A stretch of DNA of 64,000 bases from assembly GCF_006345805.1 (NCBI RefSeq), contig NC_043012.1, positions 38,874,001-38,938,000 on the forward strand, written 5' to 3'. Below are positions 51,180 to 64,000 of the stretch, in pieces (position 1 is the first letter of the stretch; the number at the start of each line of letters is the position of its first letter). Both the position numbers and the translations under genes were made by a program. Source of the stretch: Octopus sinensis (Eukaryota). The notes beneath the pieces were generated by a model. That model saw only the letters and a list, made by a program, of their open reading frames with translations, ran no database searches and was not told the DNA's origin.

Positions 51180-51850
51180 AATACTGAGGAAGAAAACTAA
51201 CTTACACCACCAAGACGTCTCTTCAGGTTATTACTGCTCTGTCTGGCGATAACATTCTTAATATACTCAGACAGGTCAAAAATGCGATGAGAGAATAACC
51301 AAAGGCCTTTTATATACGACCTAAAATCGTACCGTGAGATGATGACCAGCTTGCCGATAGTACATAGATTTGGCAAAAAAATAAAATGAGAGTGGGAAAA
51401 ACAAAACTTTTAAAGAGTAAAATTTATTAAGATCGTTAATATTATGCAAAATAACAAAATAGATAAATTGTATTAGACAAAAATCTAATTTTGTACGAAA
51501 TTAATGAAACAGATGGATGAGTAGCTGATAGAGAAATATTATAGATCCATTGGATTAATAGTTACAACAAGGCTAAATCCAGAAATTATGTAATAGATAT
51601 CAAAACTGCTAAATGAACAGACGGCACTCGACGGCTGAACAAGAAAATAATTGCATTATCTAATACATGCTGCTCAAAATCAGTGGTAAGAGGTTATTTT
51701 TGAGTGCATGGGTCGAGGGGACTAAGCAACAAGAAATTTGTTATGAAACATTCCCCATAGAATTACCAAAATATCTAATAATGAATAACGCGAAACTATA
51801 ATGAGAAATCAATGCAAATAACTACAAAACATGAGAAAAATAAAAACAAA
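51180..51850 (+). pseudogene. Highly decayed R4/Dong N-terminal/pre-RT region
   Basis: Scattered motif remnants in the expected order: QVITALSG, NNQRPF, ELPKYL, NANNYKT. The A-rich LINE-like composition extends from about 50300. Confidence 0.3.
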
Positions 51851-52062
51851 TGTATTTTCCAATTAAGGAAGGCAACAAATACGAAGCAGAGATTGAATTA
51901 AGAGGCATGAATGTGGGAAGTGGACCAATAATTGAAATTATGAAGGTTACAATGTTGGCTAAAAATGGGAATACAGAAGGATATGCAAAAACGATGAAAG
52001 CTGAAGTTTGTTCCTGACCTGCACCTGACGCAGTTGAAAGGGTGAAAGGTGGAAAGGAAAAA

Positions 52063-52162
52063 NNNNNNNNNNNNNNNNNNNNNNNNNNNNNNNNNNNNNN
52101 NNNNNNNNNNNNNNNNNNNNNNNNNNNNNNNNNNNNNNNNNNNNNNNNNNNNNNNNNNNNNN
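52063..52162. other. Assembly gap (100 N)
   Basis: Direct reading. Confidence 1.
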
Positions 52163-53655
52163 CTGTCCCTAAAAGGTCGGGCGGAGGTGGTGAACGCGTA
52201 CATCGCGTCCATCATCTACTACCGCCTGACCGTCGTACCTGTCCCGACCCTACCATCACCAAACTAGAACGCATCCTCTTCCGCTTCTTGTGGAAAGGAT
52301 GCGCCCCGATGGTCAGGCGATCCATTTGCTGTCACACCCGTTAAAAGGAGGGCTGGGCATGCCGTGGTTGATGATGCGCAGACACGCGCTGAGACTGCGA
52401 CATCTCCGGCTCTATGTAGACGACGGTGAACAGGTGTGGTCGCCGTTTGTGAGGCACGCATTCCCGCACTCCTCGTCCCCATGACCGAACTACAGTCGTG
52501 GATCAAAAAGAGGCCGAAGAAGGGCGAATGGCACCGCGAGTGTCGCGTTGCTCTCAAGCAACTCTGCCGTCCCGGGTCGACCTTGAGTGACTTCAACACA
52601 ACCAAAGCATTCTATAGGGGATTAGTGGAGGGGAGGTACGACGACGAGCTCGGGGCAAACCTGGCGTCGACGAGGAATACCTGACCCGCCTGTTTCAAAC
52701 GACTTTCGGTCCCGGGACCTATGGACAACTTCCAGAGATCCCTGGCCTGGCGGTGGCTACCGAGAAGCGCTACCCGTTCGGGATAAGCTCTATAGGCATG
52801 GCTCGAGAAACACGGGGCCGACCTGCCCGAGATGCGGGCAGAGCGACGAAACCGCTCTGCACGCAATCGTGCGTGTCCAGCAATTTCCCACCTGTGGGCT
52901 TACGTCGAACGACTGCTGTCACGTGTGGGACGTGTCGTTTACAGCCGAGTCTATCGTTAATATCGTCACGCCTCCTTCCTTCAAACTGGAAGGAAGAGCT
53001 ATTTTTATCATACTTGTTGCTATGGCGAAAGAATGTATCTGGTGGACGTCTGAAAGGATTAGAGAAAACACTTTCCTCTCTGGTCAATCTCTCATCAACT
53101 TCTTCAAGTATCACTTGAAGAAAAAAGTGAGAGTAGAGAGGCAAGTTTTGTCTAGTGAATGTTTTAAAAAAATGGGTGAATGTAGCAAGGATGGCACGTA
53201 TGAATGACGAAGCCACCTGACTATGATTCTATGAACCGTAAAAATTAATACAGAGAGTTGCTTATTTGCAAAAAAAAAAAAAAAAAAAAAAAAGAAATAT
53301 AACATGTGACTTCATTGACCGAGGTTACCGTGGTCTTTTCCGTAGGCTTTTCTTTCCACGGGTAAACCTCACCTGTCCCCCCCCTTACACTTCATATTGA
53401 TATTTCTGTGATACGATCCCTATTGATCAATTTTTTTCCTCTCCCCCTTTTTTTTTACCCCCCTCTGCTCTCCTTTTACGATCCCTTTTGATCGACCCCC
53501 CCTTTTTTTATTTTATTTTATTTTATTTTATTTTTTTCTTATTTTTATTTTATTTTATTTTTTTAATTTTTTTTTTTTTTTAAACCTTCAAAAAAAGCTA
53601 GCTCTACTTGTAATTGTTCTATCTGTGTGCAGCCCTGTGTGGCTAATAAAGAAAC
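52163..53655 (+). mobile_element. Tx1/L1-clade LINE 3' portion, frameshifted
   Basis: LSLKGRAEVVNAYIASIIYYRL, KLERILFRFLWKG, HPLKGGLGMP and a zf-RVT-like TCPRCGQSDETALHA are present. The 3' UTR has A and T/C runs and ends at AATAAA (about 53645) immediately before (TATC)n. Confidence 0.88.
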
Positions 53656-53656
53656 A

Positions 53657-54075
<419 letters not shown>

Positions 54076-54097
54076 CTCTATATATATATATGTATAT

Positions 54098-54432
54098 ATA
54101 TAAACGGCAAAATGTATGTCTGTGTGTCCTTTATACAAATCCACAATTTCTCAGTTAGAGGGCTCGCACTTCCTATGATTATTCAAAACCGTCCAAGGGT
54201 GGTCGTGCACATCTTTACATTTCCGCAGTCACCCCGCAAAGCCATTAAAAAGTCAATAGAAGTGCATTTTTTGTGAATTTTCTATCCAAAACCCAATCAA
54301 AATGCCCGAAACTTGATACGCAAATTGAATGCCAGCTAGCTGTATGTGATTGGTCAGAGATTTGGACAGTACTCGCGTGTATGTGCACACGCACGCAGCT
54401 GTATATGCATGCACTAGTACTATGACCGGGCG
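54098..54432 (+). mobile_element. Helitron-like non-autonomous element related to 33027-33400
   Basis: It starts tatataaacggcaaaatgtatgtctgtgtg, like the 5' end of the 33027 element. An actagtactatgaccgggcg motif lies at the far end. Confidence 0.45.
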
Positions 54433-54898
54433 TCATATATATATGTGTGTATATGTATGTATGTATGTATATATGTATGTATATGCATATCATTGAGAAA
54501 AGATTGCGTCTTGTTATGGCATAAAACTGGTAAGGAATTTACCTTCGCCCTGCTGTCCGCCATTCAGACACTATACATCTGAGTGTATGTATATATTAAT
54601 GTGTGTAGAGAGAGAGACATAGCGAGAGAGAGAGACGGAAGTGAGAGGTAGGTTGTATAAGCGTTAGAAATAGAAATCGATACTTAAAGATTATTTATAT
54701 TATATCTGTAGCAGTGAATTTACATCACCGTCTCGAATGTCTAAATTTCTTTGCCCTATCATTCAGGTATGAAAATGTAGGCTGTTGAGTCACTAATATG
54801 GTTAATAGCTATCACACAACAAACACACACACACATATATATATTACATATATATATATATATTATATTATATATATATATATATTAATATATATTAT

Positions 54899-54954
<56 letters not shown>

Positions 54955-54964
54955 ATATATATAT

Positions 54965-55377
54965 TTTTTACTGCCCACAAGGTTCTATACATAGAGGGGA
55001 CAAACAAGGACAGACAAAGGGATTGAGTCGTTTACATCGACACCAGTGCGTAACTGGTACTTAATTTATCGACCCCGAAAGGATGAAAGGCAAAGTCGAC
55101 CTCGGCGGAATTTGAACTCAGAACTTAGCGGCAGGCGAAATACCTATTTCTTTACTGCCCACAAAGGGCTAAACACAGAGAGGACAAACAAGGCAAGACA
55201 AACGGATTAAGTCGATTACATCGACCCCAGTGTGTAACTGGTACTTAATTTATCCACCCCGAAAGGATGAAAGGCATAGTCGTCCTCATCGGAATATGAA
55301 CTCAGAACGTAACGGCAGACTAAATATCGCTAAGCATTTCACCCGGCGTGCTAACGTTTCTGCCAACTCGCCGCCTT
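54965..55377 (-). mobile_element. SINE family A dimer
   Basis: Head, body and tail are joined to a second body and tail via aaagaaataggtatttcg. Confidence 0.88.
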
Positions 55378-55422
55378 TTATATATATACTACACATACAT
55401 ACATACATACATATATATATAG

Positions 55423-55486
<64 letters not shown>

Positions 55487-56552
55487 CATACATACATACA
55501 TACATACATGAAAGGGAGAATCACAGAAACATCCACAAATAACAGAAAATGATTTGCAAAATTACAAAATCCCTGCAACGGCGATCAATCAACGTGTTGT
55601 AACATTGTAATAACATACCAATAAAATATCGCAAAGAAACGGAAAATAGATGAAAATCATACAAAAATGTAATCAAACGAAAGAATCGACATAATAGCAG
55701 CAGCAGCAGACGCAGTAGCAGAAACAGCAGCAGCAGCAGCGGCAACAACAGCAAAAAACAAATTCCTTAGTAGATATCTGCATTGAATTCTGGTAGAAAT
55801 AAATATTAGAATCACTTGTGTGTACATTTTATGCGACTGTAGGTATATCAAAGTGATATATTTCTTTCACCTATTTCTTTCATTTATCTTTACATTTTAT
55901 TGCATATTTATATAATTGTATTTGTATTATAGTCGTGTTTCCTACGAAACTGAGGCTATGAATGTGATATTATTTTGATGTGGAGAAAAGAAATTCGACG
56001 TAGTTATAAAGATTTGACATAGTCACCTAAAGAGTATCTGGTTTCCCTTTTAATATTCCCAATAATTGTTTCTTTTTATCGAATATACTGGAGTATATAT
56101 CTGTGTAGATGCAAAATATTAAGAAAAAGGAAACAGAAAAAAAAAAAAGAAACGAGGCAATTAGGAAATTAAGAGCAGTGCCTCAGGAAAATATCATCAT
56201 ATATTTTAGTTTTATCTTTTAATAGATGTATTCCGGTTTCTTTCCGATATATAGATGAATTTTCAGAACGTGTTCGATATGCTAAAAGCAGAGCCGAAGA
56301 AATATATGAGCAACTATTTGATTTCTATAAGGTGGTGGGAAACGGATAATATATGTATATTCGTAAATATAAAATCCTGCAAGAATGTGCAACGTCTTTT
56401 AACAAGGTTTCAATTAAATGTATAGATTATGTCATTCTGCGACGTATTTCCAAGCAGGGCTGAATGCAAACACATGTATCCTACACTTAGAATACATACA
56501 TACATGCATGCATACATAAAGACACACACGTATATATATAATAATATAGATA

Positions 56553-56629
<77 letters not shown>

Positions 56630-56631
<2 letters not shown>

Positions 56632-56810
56632 GATTGATGCTAAAATCCTCAAGTCCTTTTATACTCTGTATTTCCTCGTGTTCATTTCTGTTAAAGAGCA
56701 TAGGCTCGAAACGTAAAAGACTTTTTCATCTTCCCGAGCGTCAGACTAATACACCTGCTTGTTTTTTATACACCTGCATTCGTCTTTTGTTTATTTTCGT
56801 AAACCTTCCC
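56630..56810 (+). mobile_element. Short PLE-derived element with a minimal HHR-like motif
   Basis: tttCTGTTAAA-GAGC(atag)GCTC-GAAACGTA-aaaga at 56685-56720. The 3' end runs into (TA)n. Confidence 0.7.
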
Positions 56811-56827
56811 TATATATATATCTATAT

Positions 56828-56886
<59 letters not shown>

Positions 56887-56887
56887 A

Positions 56888-57085
56888 GTTAATCCAAACA
56901 TGAACAAAGAGAAAAAACAACAACGCGAGGACGTGGGACAGGTATAGTGTTTATTGACGCTCAGGAAATGAAAGAAAGAAGGAGGACTTAACGTTTCGAG
57001 CGGTGCTCTTCGTCAGAAACATAGGAAAGGAAAGATGCAAGGAAAGGAAGGCGAAGAAAAAAAAATCGCCACGATACACACGCGT
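56888..57085 (-). mobile_element. Short PLE-derived element with the best-preserved minimal HHR of this family
   Basis: Minus strand ttt-CTGACGA-A-GAGC(acc)GCTC-GAAA-CG-TT-aag at 56987-57020. Confidence 0.75.
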
Positions 57086-57116
57086 CATACATATATATGT
57101 AGTGTATATATGAGTG

Positions 57117-57216
<100 letters not shown>

Positions 57217-57551
57217 AATATATATATATATATATATATATATGTATAGTCAAATGAAATAAACGAACAAGAGAATGTACACGTGAAATGTATTACTTTG
57301 ACGTTCCGAGCATAGCTTTTCGTTGGAAAGGTGAAAGGAAAAGATAAAAAATTCTAAGAAGGAAAATAATAATCAACACCCCTCGTGTTTAGATACACAG
57401 ACACACATGTAGTCATACATAAATCATATATAGATACATATATTTTGTTTATTCACCTGTCTGTGTCTTTTGTTTTTCTGTAAATTTCGACTATATCTCT
57501 ATCTCTATCTATATCTATCTATTTATCTATCTATCTATCCATCTATCTATA

Positions 57552-57617
<66 letters not shown>

Positions 57618-57618
57618 A

Positions 57619-57694
<76 letters not shown>

Positions 57695-57920
57695 ACTGTG
57701 TGGCAGTTGTATCTATATATGTATATATGAAATCGTTCTTATTCAAACAGCACTAGTGAAGACAGAACATAAACAAGGCGGTTGGTTTTCTTGTAAGCAT
57801 TCCACAAGTGTGAGCACTTTGTGATAATATATAGGTGCAGGTGTGGGTGTAAGTAAGGAGTTTTCCTTCCCAACAAAAATGTCCCGAGTTCAGTCCTACT
57901 GCGTGGCATTCGTATACAGT

Positions 57921-57955
<35 letters not shown>

Positions 57956-58159
57956 TTATATATATATATATATATATAATTATAGATATAATGTATATAT
58001 TATATCAGCCGAAATTGCTAGGGTGATCCGGTTCTTGACTGAAGATTGAACTTCGAATGTCCAGTCCGTGTTTTTTGTATCGCCTTCTAAATATTTTACG
58101 TTCTTGCCCCAGTTTGTATTTTTCTACATATTATATATATATATAATATATATATATAT

Positions 58160-58320
58160 ATAGGGAAAATTAACGAAAAAAATAAAAGACGAAGACAAGT
58201 GGTGTGCAAAACAAACAGATATATTAGTATAACGCTGAGGAAGAGAAAAAGTCTTTTACGTTTCGAGCCTACGCTCTTCTACAGAAAGGGACACAGAAAA
58301 AATAAGGAGAGAAATATAAA
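58160..58320 (-). mobile_element. Short PLE-derived element with a minimal HHR-like motif
   Basis: Minus strand ctttCTGTAGAA-GAGC(gtag)GCTC-GAAACGTA-aaag at 58252-58288. The 3' end abuts (TA)n. Confidence 0.7.
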
Positions 58321-58344
58321 TAAATATATAAATATATATATACT

Positions 58345-58683
58345 CTTTTACTCTTTTACTTGTTTCAGTCATTTAGCTGCGGCCATGCTGGAGCACCGCC
58401 TTTAGTCGAGCAAATCGACCCCGTGACTTATTCTTTGTAAGCCCAGTACTTATTATATCGGTCTCTTTTTGCCGAACCGCTAAGTGACGGGGACGTAAAC
58501 ACACCAGCATCGGTTGTCAAGCAATGCTAGGGGGACAAACACTGACACACAAACACACACATATATATATATGTACATATATACGACAGGCTTCTTTCAG
58601 TTTTCGTCTACCAAATCCACTCGCAAGGCATTGGTCAGCCCGGGGCTATAGCAAAGATACTTACCCACAGCCACTCCTGCGCC
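58345..58683 (-). mobile_element. SINE family C with internal deletion of the head
   Basis: Family match. The segment between gcaaagatacttacc and cacagcc is missing relative to 49790. Confidence 0.8.
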
Positions 58684-58716
58684 TATATATATATATATAT
58701 ACATATATATACATAC

Positions 58717-58776
<60 letters not shown>

Positions 58777-58778
<2 letters not shown>

Positions 58779-59049
58779 TGAATTTCTAAATCTCTCGTAG
58801 AGACATGTACGATGGTGGGGCGATATAATGGTTGTATACTGTCAATCTAACAAGAACGTGACAGTAGGGGTTACACCACCGTTGTATAGCCCTAGAGGCA
58901 TCGAACGCCTCCTGACAGCTTCGACACATTTTTTCCCTGTGGACATAGGGAAAAAAATGTGTCGAGGCGTTCGATGCCTCCTAGAGCTATACAACGGTGG
59001 TGTACTCCCTACTGTCACGCTCTTGTTAGATTGACAGTATACAACCATT
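58777..59049 (-). mobile_element. Second copy of the 34926-35368 family, collapsed to a fold-back palindrome without the HHR
   Basis: Arms 58827-58938 and 58947-59049 are inverted. The 50-nt unpaired extension 58777-58826 is homologous to 35306-35358. Confidence 0.8.
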
Positions 59050-59412
59050 CTATATATATATATATATTATATATATATATATAGATATATGTATATGTAC
59101 ATATATATACATATATATATAAATATACATATATATAGATATAGATATATGTATACGTATGTGTTTGTGTGTGTTTGTGTGTATTTATATATGTATATAT
59201 ATAAACACACATTCTTTTATTAAAACCGAAGAACACCTTATGAACAGTTACTCAGGCATTTATTAAAAAGCTGTGTGAAATTATGCAGATAAACATATTA
59301 GACACATTGAATATATCAGTGTGGCTGTGATACACAAAATGTGTATATATATGTAAACATGCATGAGGAGCGAAAACAAAAAGTGGAGACTTTCGGACGA
59401 CGAATATTTGAG

Positions 59413-59655
59413 TATATTAATGGATCCAACTTACACAGACTACAAACTTTGCAGCATTAACATCTGAAATATCAGATCTTTTCTACTCTGATGATGGAGG
59501 CTTGTCATATCCTTTGTTGATTGCTTCCATTACAGCCGCATAATATGATAGATGTTCGAGCTCCCAGACACCGCTGTTAAACTTATAGTACCGACTTCCA
59601 CTCCTTTAATTTTCTCAGACGTCTGTACTCTGTGTAAGTTGGACCTATTAATATA
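59413..59655. mobile_element. MITE-like element with ~33-bp inverted ends
   Basis: tattaatggatccaacttacacagactacaaac vs revcomp tattaataggtccaacttacacagagtacagac, TA-flanked. Confidence 0.6.
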
Positions 59656-59931
59656 AATATGTACATATTTATCCTTCAATATTCATCGTCTGAAAGTCTT
59701 TTAGATTTCAGGCGGTTTGCACTATACATATATATGTATTTTGTATTTCATACTGAAGCTGTCATAATCAATATTTCTAGGTTTATCTACATAATAGCCT
59801 CTATATCTGCTCAAACTGATCCCTCTTATAGCTATTCCTTCCCATGTTGGATTGATGTCCTGTAAAGAATTCGGATTCTAACTTTGGATCATCATTTAGC
59901 ACTAGTAAATTTCTTATATATATATAATATA

Positions 59932-59982
<51 letters not shown>

Positions 59983-60955
59983 ATACATATTTATATATAT
60001 ACGTGTGTGTATGTATGTATATGTATGCATATAAATATACATATATATACATTATACATACATACACACACATACACACATAGATATATATAGATAGATA
60101 GATTGATCTGCTTACAAGCATAAGGATCTCTTTCATATCTCTCCCTCTCTATCTACCTATATACTTATGTACATGCATATATGCATGCACTTATATGCAT
60201 AAATATAGTCATATAACTACACACACACACACACACACACCACACACACACATAAATGCATAGGTAGGTTACTTATTTGGTTATTTCTTCCTTCTACAAG
60301 CACAATTCTGAAGAATGATGTTGAAAATGCACTTGGTGTCTTTAAGTAGTTTTATTTACATTAAATTTAACAGTTTCGAAAATTTGATAATTTTCATATC
60401 TAGTCTATGGTGGAAAGACTAGACTCTATACAGCAGAAATTTTTGTATCTCTTCTCTCAGGCATTCTCTCTCGCCCACTTTCTCTCTCTCTCTCTTCACA
60501 CACACACACAACACACAACACATATATATATTATATATATATATATATATATAATATATAAACACGAACAGACACGCCAAACGCACACGCACAACCATAC
60601 ATGGTTACATACATATATACATACGTAAGCGTGTGTATGTATTTTTTATGCAATCATACACACACGTGGCATTGTCTTTACTACAATAATTTCTGTACAT
60701 TGAAATTTCGTAAAGATCTTTGCCATTGTAACTGAAAACTGTTAATGCATATTTGAAGAGAATATGTCTTCATTTTTCCCCAGATTATGCTATTATTAAA
60801 ATTGCATTATAACTATTCCAACAATAAAACTGGTTAAGTTAGCTTTTAGAAAATTCTTTTCTTTTCAATTAAAGATTATACTGTCTATGATTCTTCTTTG
60901 GTATATAAGAATTCTTTCATTTTTAAATGTGGCTGCCACACTTCTTGTTGTTTAG

Positions 60956-61017
60956 AGTCAGACAAGAGCAGTTCTATGGTGCTTTCGTGTATCCTGCAAG
61001 GTGTTCTTCCTGTCGAA
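60956..61017 (+). CDS. Weak candidate 62-nt exon
   Basis: Acceptor cttcttgttgtttAG and a perfect donor GTGAGT. All three frames are open. No recognisable product. Confidence 0.2.
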
Positions 61018-62836
61018 GTGAGTAGAGTAGGTGCTTTTCTGTTTTCATTTCGTCCTCGCAGCAATTTCTAGCAGGTTCGATCCGCTCAAAAGAAACTTCT
61101 TGATCGGATTAATCCTCCTGATGTTAAAATAAATAAGGGATTGATGGTCTATCAATTATGCTAAACTATCGATCCTTTATTTCCTGGTCCAAAGGGCAAT
61201 ACAAGCAACGGAAACGTGAAATACAAATCTGTAAAATTTAGAAGAAAAAAAAACAAAAAAAGGAGGGAAAGCATCTATCATTGTTGCAAGATCATATCAA
61301 AGTGCCACACGTTGGAACTCATTCTGCTCTCCCACGATTCTACGACCTGGAGCTTTTGATATTGTCTGTCAGTGTCTTTGATCTTGGCCAGGAAGCGAAA
61401 CCTCTAATGTACTATGGGTGATACAATTTTGCTGTGGGTTGAAATATCGAAGAAATCTTTACCGGGGATCAGTCTTTGGTGCTAAATAAGAATGAACCGA
61501 ACTGCAGCAACAGCAACATCAGCGACAAAACCAAAAAGATGAAACGCATAATCTGAAGGAAAACGTAGTTGCAATTCCATGTCGTTTATGGAAAGATAAT
61601 GGCCAGGCATTAAGAAACAATATAATGTGAATGAGCTTTACTTTCACTTTGAATTGGGAAAATTGATACTGATGGAGTAAACTGCTGAAATATCGTGTCT
61701 CGAGTCAATTGCGAAAACATATTGTCACATTATAAATTAAAGTGTCAGTTAGATGAGAAGGCTAATAATATCGAAATTAGCGTGATTAGGAGCAGTCACT
61801 CTGAAAATTCGTCGATAAATTCTTGTAAACAACTTTAAAAAATCTAATTGATTCCATGTGCCATCATGTTGAAGAAGTCGTAGGAAATTAATTTATATCA
61901 ACTAATTAGTACCTAATTATCAACGGTTTGTTTTTGTTGTTGGCTTTCGGTTTCTTCCAATAATTAAGTTGCAAAGAAAAAAGTAATGGAAGTACCAGTT
62001 TTCGTTAATATTTGGAGATTTGGAAAATCAATATATAGGGATAATAATTAAGAACATCGATTTATATATGAGCGTGTGTGTTTCTGTGAATAAAATACAG
62101 TTGCGTATATATATTATATTTATATATATATATATATACATGTAGGTATATATATGTATATATACATATATGTATCTATATCTATATATATATATATATG
62201 TATAAATATATATTTATTTATGTATATATATATATATATTTATGTATATATATACATATATATATATGTATATATATATATATACATATATATATGCATA
62301 CATATATATATTCATGTCTGTATACATATTTATATACATCACAGACACACACACATATATATACATATATACATGTGTGTGTATGTAATTATGACACACA
62401 CTTGGCATGATAACTAACATGTAATTGCGTGTCTGTTTACTTAATAAAGATAACCTCAAAAAGCGAAATTATAATCTAGCAAGAAAAAGAAAACTATCAT
62501 CCGATGAATATTGTTGCTATTTTCATGTCATTGGTAAATAAGGAGAACGATATTCGTTATGTGTCTGGCTTACTTGGAAGACATCACACAGTGTAGACTC
62601 ACCGTAACACAAGGAATACGTATCGATGGAATTGTTACACTAACGATTCTCAATGGTAAACAATGCAATTATAAGCAATTCTGGTTTTGTATGAAAATAC
62701 CTGGTACATCTACCGTCAAAAAGATCTGGATAAATTCACACGGTATATTCCAATCTATTTCGTCGTTCCGATGCTCCTTGTTTTAAATAAGATCGCATCC
62801 ACTTATCTATCACGCACATACTGTACATGTACGTAC

Positions 62837-62880
<44 letters not shown>

Positions 62881-62910
62881 TATATATATTATATAATATA
62901 TAAATATGAA

Positions 62911-62956
<46 letters not shown>

Positions 62957-63065
62957 CAAAATAAGAAAATGGAGAAATACATCGAAATCAAATATCAATT
63001 ACCAGATAATACTCAATCACATACTTTATCCCATGGTGGGTTGCTTTACAACCCCTATCTCAATT

Positions 63066-63137
<72 letters not shown>

Positions 63138-63317
63138 CTGTGTGTACATATTTCCCCCTCCCCTTATTTGTGTAAATGTGTATAGAATAATATATCAGTT
63201 GAATAAAGTTACAACGCGGACTGGTTTTTCACGTTTTCCCATTATTGAATAATTTTTTTTTACAATGTTGAAGTTTGTTAAACATTAAAAAAATAATTTG
63301 CAATGTTTATAATGCTT

Positions 63318-63355
63318 AATTAGCACTTTCATACGTTCGCAATAATCATCAGATT
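63318..63355 (-). ncRNA. Candidate minimal type I hammerhead
   Basis: Minus strand aat-CTGATGA-T-TA(ttgcgaacg)TA-T-GAAA-GTGC-TA-att. Stem I is 3 bp and stem III AGTGCT is one transition from the palindrome AGCGCT. Confidence 0.45.
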
Positions 63356-63844
63356 TCAAAATGTATTGAGTTGAGTTCTTAACGACTGTAGTAAAATGAC
63401 CGACTTCCTTAGAAGGTTCCCACAAGCTTGAATTTTCGAATACGGTTTTGACCAATCAGCATGCAGCTTAAACGTTACGGTTTGCCTGGTGCCCCGATAT
63501 TACTGGTATAGATCCCGCCTTTATTTTAACCTATTAGCTTGCGGTTTACATGTAATGAGTGAGCAAACTCAGTTGGTTTGGATCGTTTTTATTTCAATCG
63601 TTGTGAGTCTTCTGTAATTTGTTTATGTTCATATGTTAAAGATACTTTTTTAAATTCACATCATTGAGTGGTTGATATATTCTTCTTCTTATCTCTGTTC
63701 ACAATAGGTTTGACCACTTTAATAAAACGTTTTTCTTTTATTTTTCTTCCAGCCTCACCTGTGTCGAATAGTTTGTGGAAAGGAAAAATAGAAACATTTT
63801 CTGACCACATGTTTCTATATGTTCGCTCAAGAGAAACGATATCG

Positions 63845-64000
63845 GTTAAAAATTTTGGCACAAGGCCAGCAATTTCGGTAGAGAAGTGTAAATTGTTTAC
63901 ATCCAACCCCAGAGATCAACTGCTGTATATTCCAGAAAGGATACAAGGCAAAGTCAACCTGGCGGAATTTGAACTAAGAATGGAAAGTCGGACTAAATGC
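63845..64000 (-). mobile_element. Old SINE family A copy running off the window
   Basis: ttggcacaaggccagcaatttcg...ggcaaagtcaacctggcggaatttgaact. Confidence 0.7.

Noticed and set aside
52063-52162. ORFs spanning the N run and apparent fusion of the upstream region to the Tx1 element
   Set aside because: This is an assembly gap of placeholder length, so continuity across it cannot be assumed.
61290-61415. Minus-strand open stretch RFRFLAKIKDTDRQYQKLQVVESWESRMSSNVWHFDMILQQ
   Set aside because: It is short, has no convincing splice signals and matches no family I recognise.

Overview
This is AT-rich, microsatellite-dense eukaryotic genomic DNA, most likely from an octopod cephalopod; that assignment is inferred from the tRNA-derived SINE families present. 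I found no intact protein-coding gene. Almost all ORFs in the supplied track are microsatellite read-throughs or pieces of decayed transposons. The window contains: (1) dozens of tRNA-derived SINE copies from about four families; (2) R4/Dong-type RLE non-LTR retrotransposons sitting in (TAA)n microsatellites, one nearly intact over 2.5 kb; (3) Tx1/L1-type and CR1-type LINE remnants; (4) hAT, mariner and Helitron/Helentron-like relics; (5) a dense set of Penelope-like element (PLE) remnants from at least three lineages. The most interesting signal is a set of hammerhead-ribozyme (HHR) motifs. A well-formed type I HHR (35130-35175, GUC cleavage site) lies inside a 310-nt direct-repeat-bounded unit that also has an inverted arm, which makes it a candidate octopus retrozyme or non-autonomous PLE; a second, ribozyme-less copy of the family is at 58777-59049. 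A U3-A8 covariant minimal HHR is present on both arms of a 479-bp near-perfect palindrome (39379-39857). A family of ~180-bp minimal-HHR elements has 3' ends that always abut (TA)n or (TATC)n. Ribozyme activity is inferred from motif and pairing only. There is one 100-N assembly gap (52063-52162) and two weakly supported candidate exons of a possible host gene.
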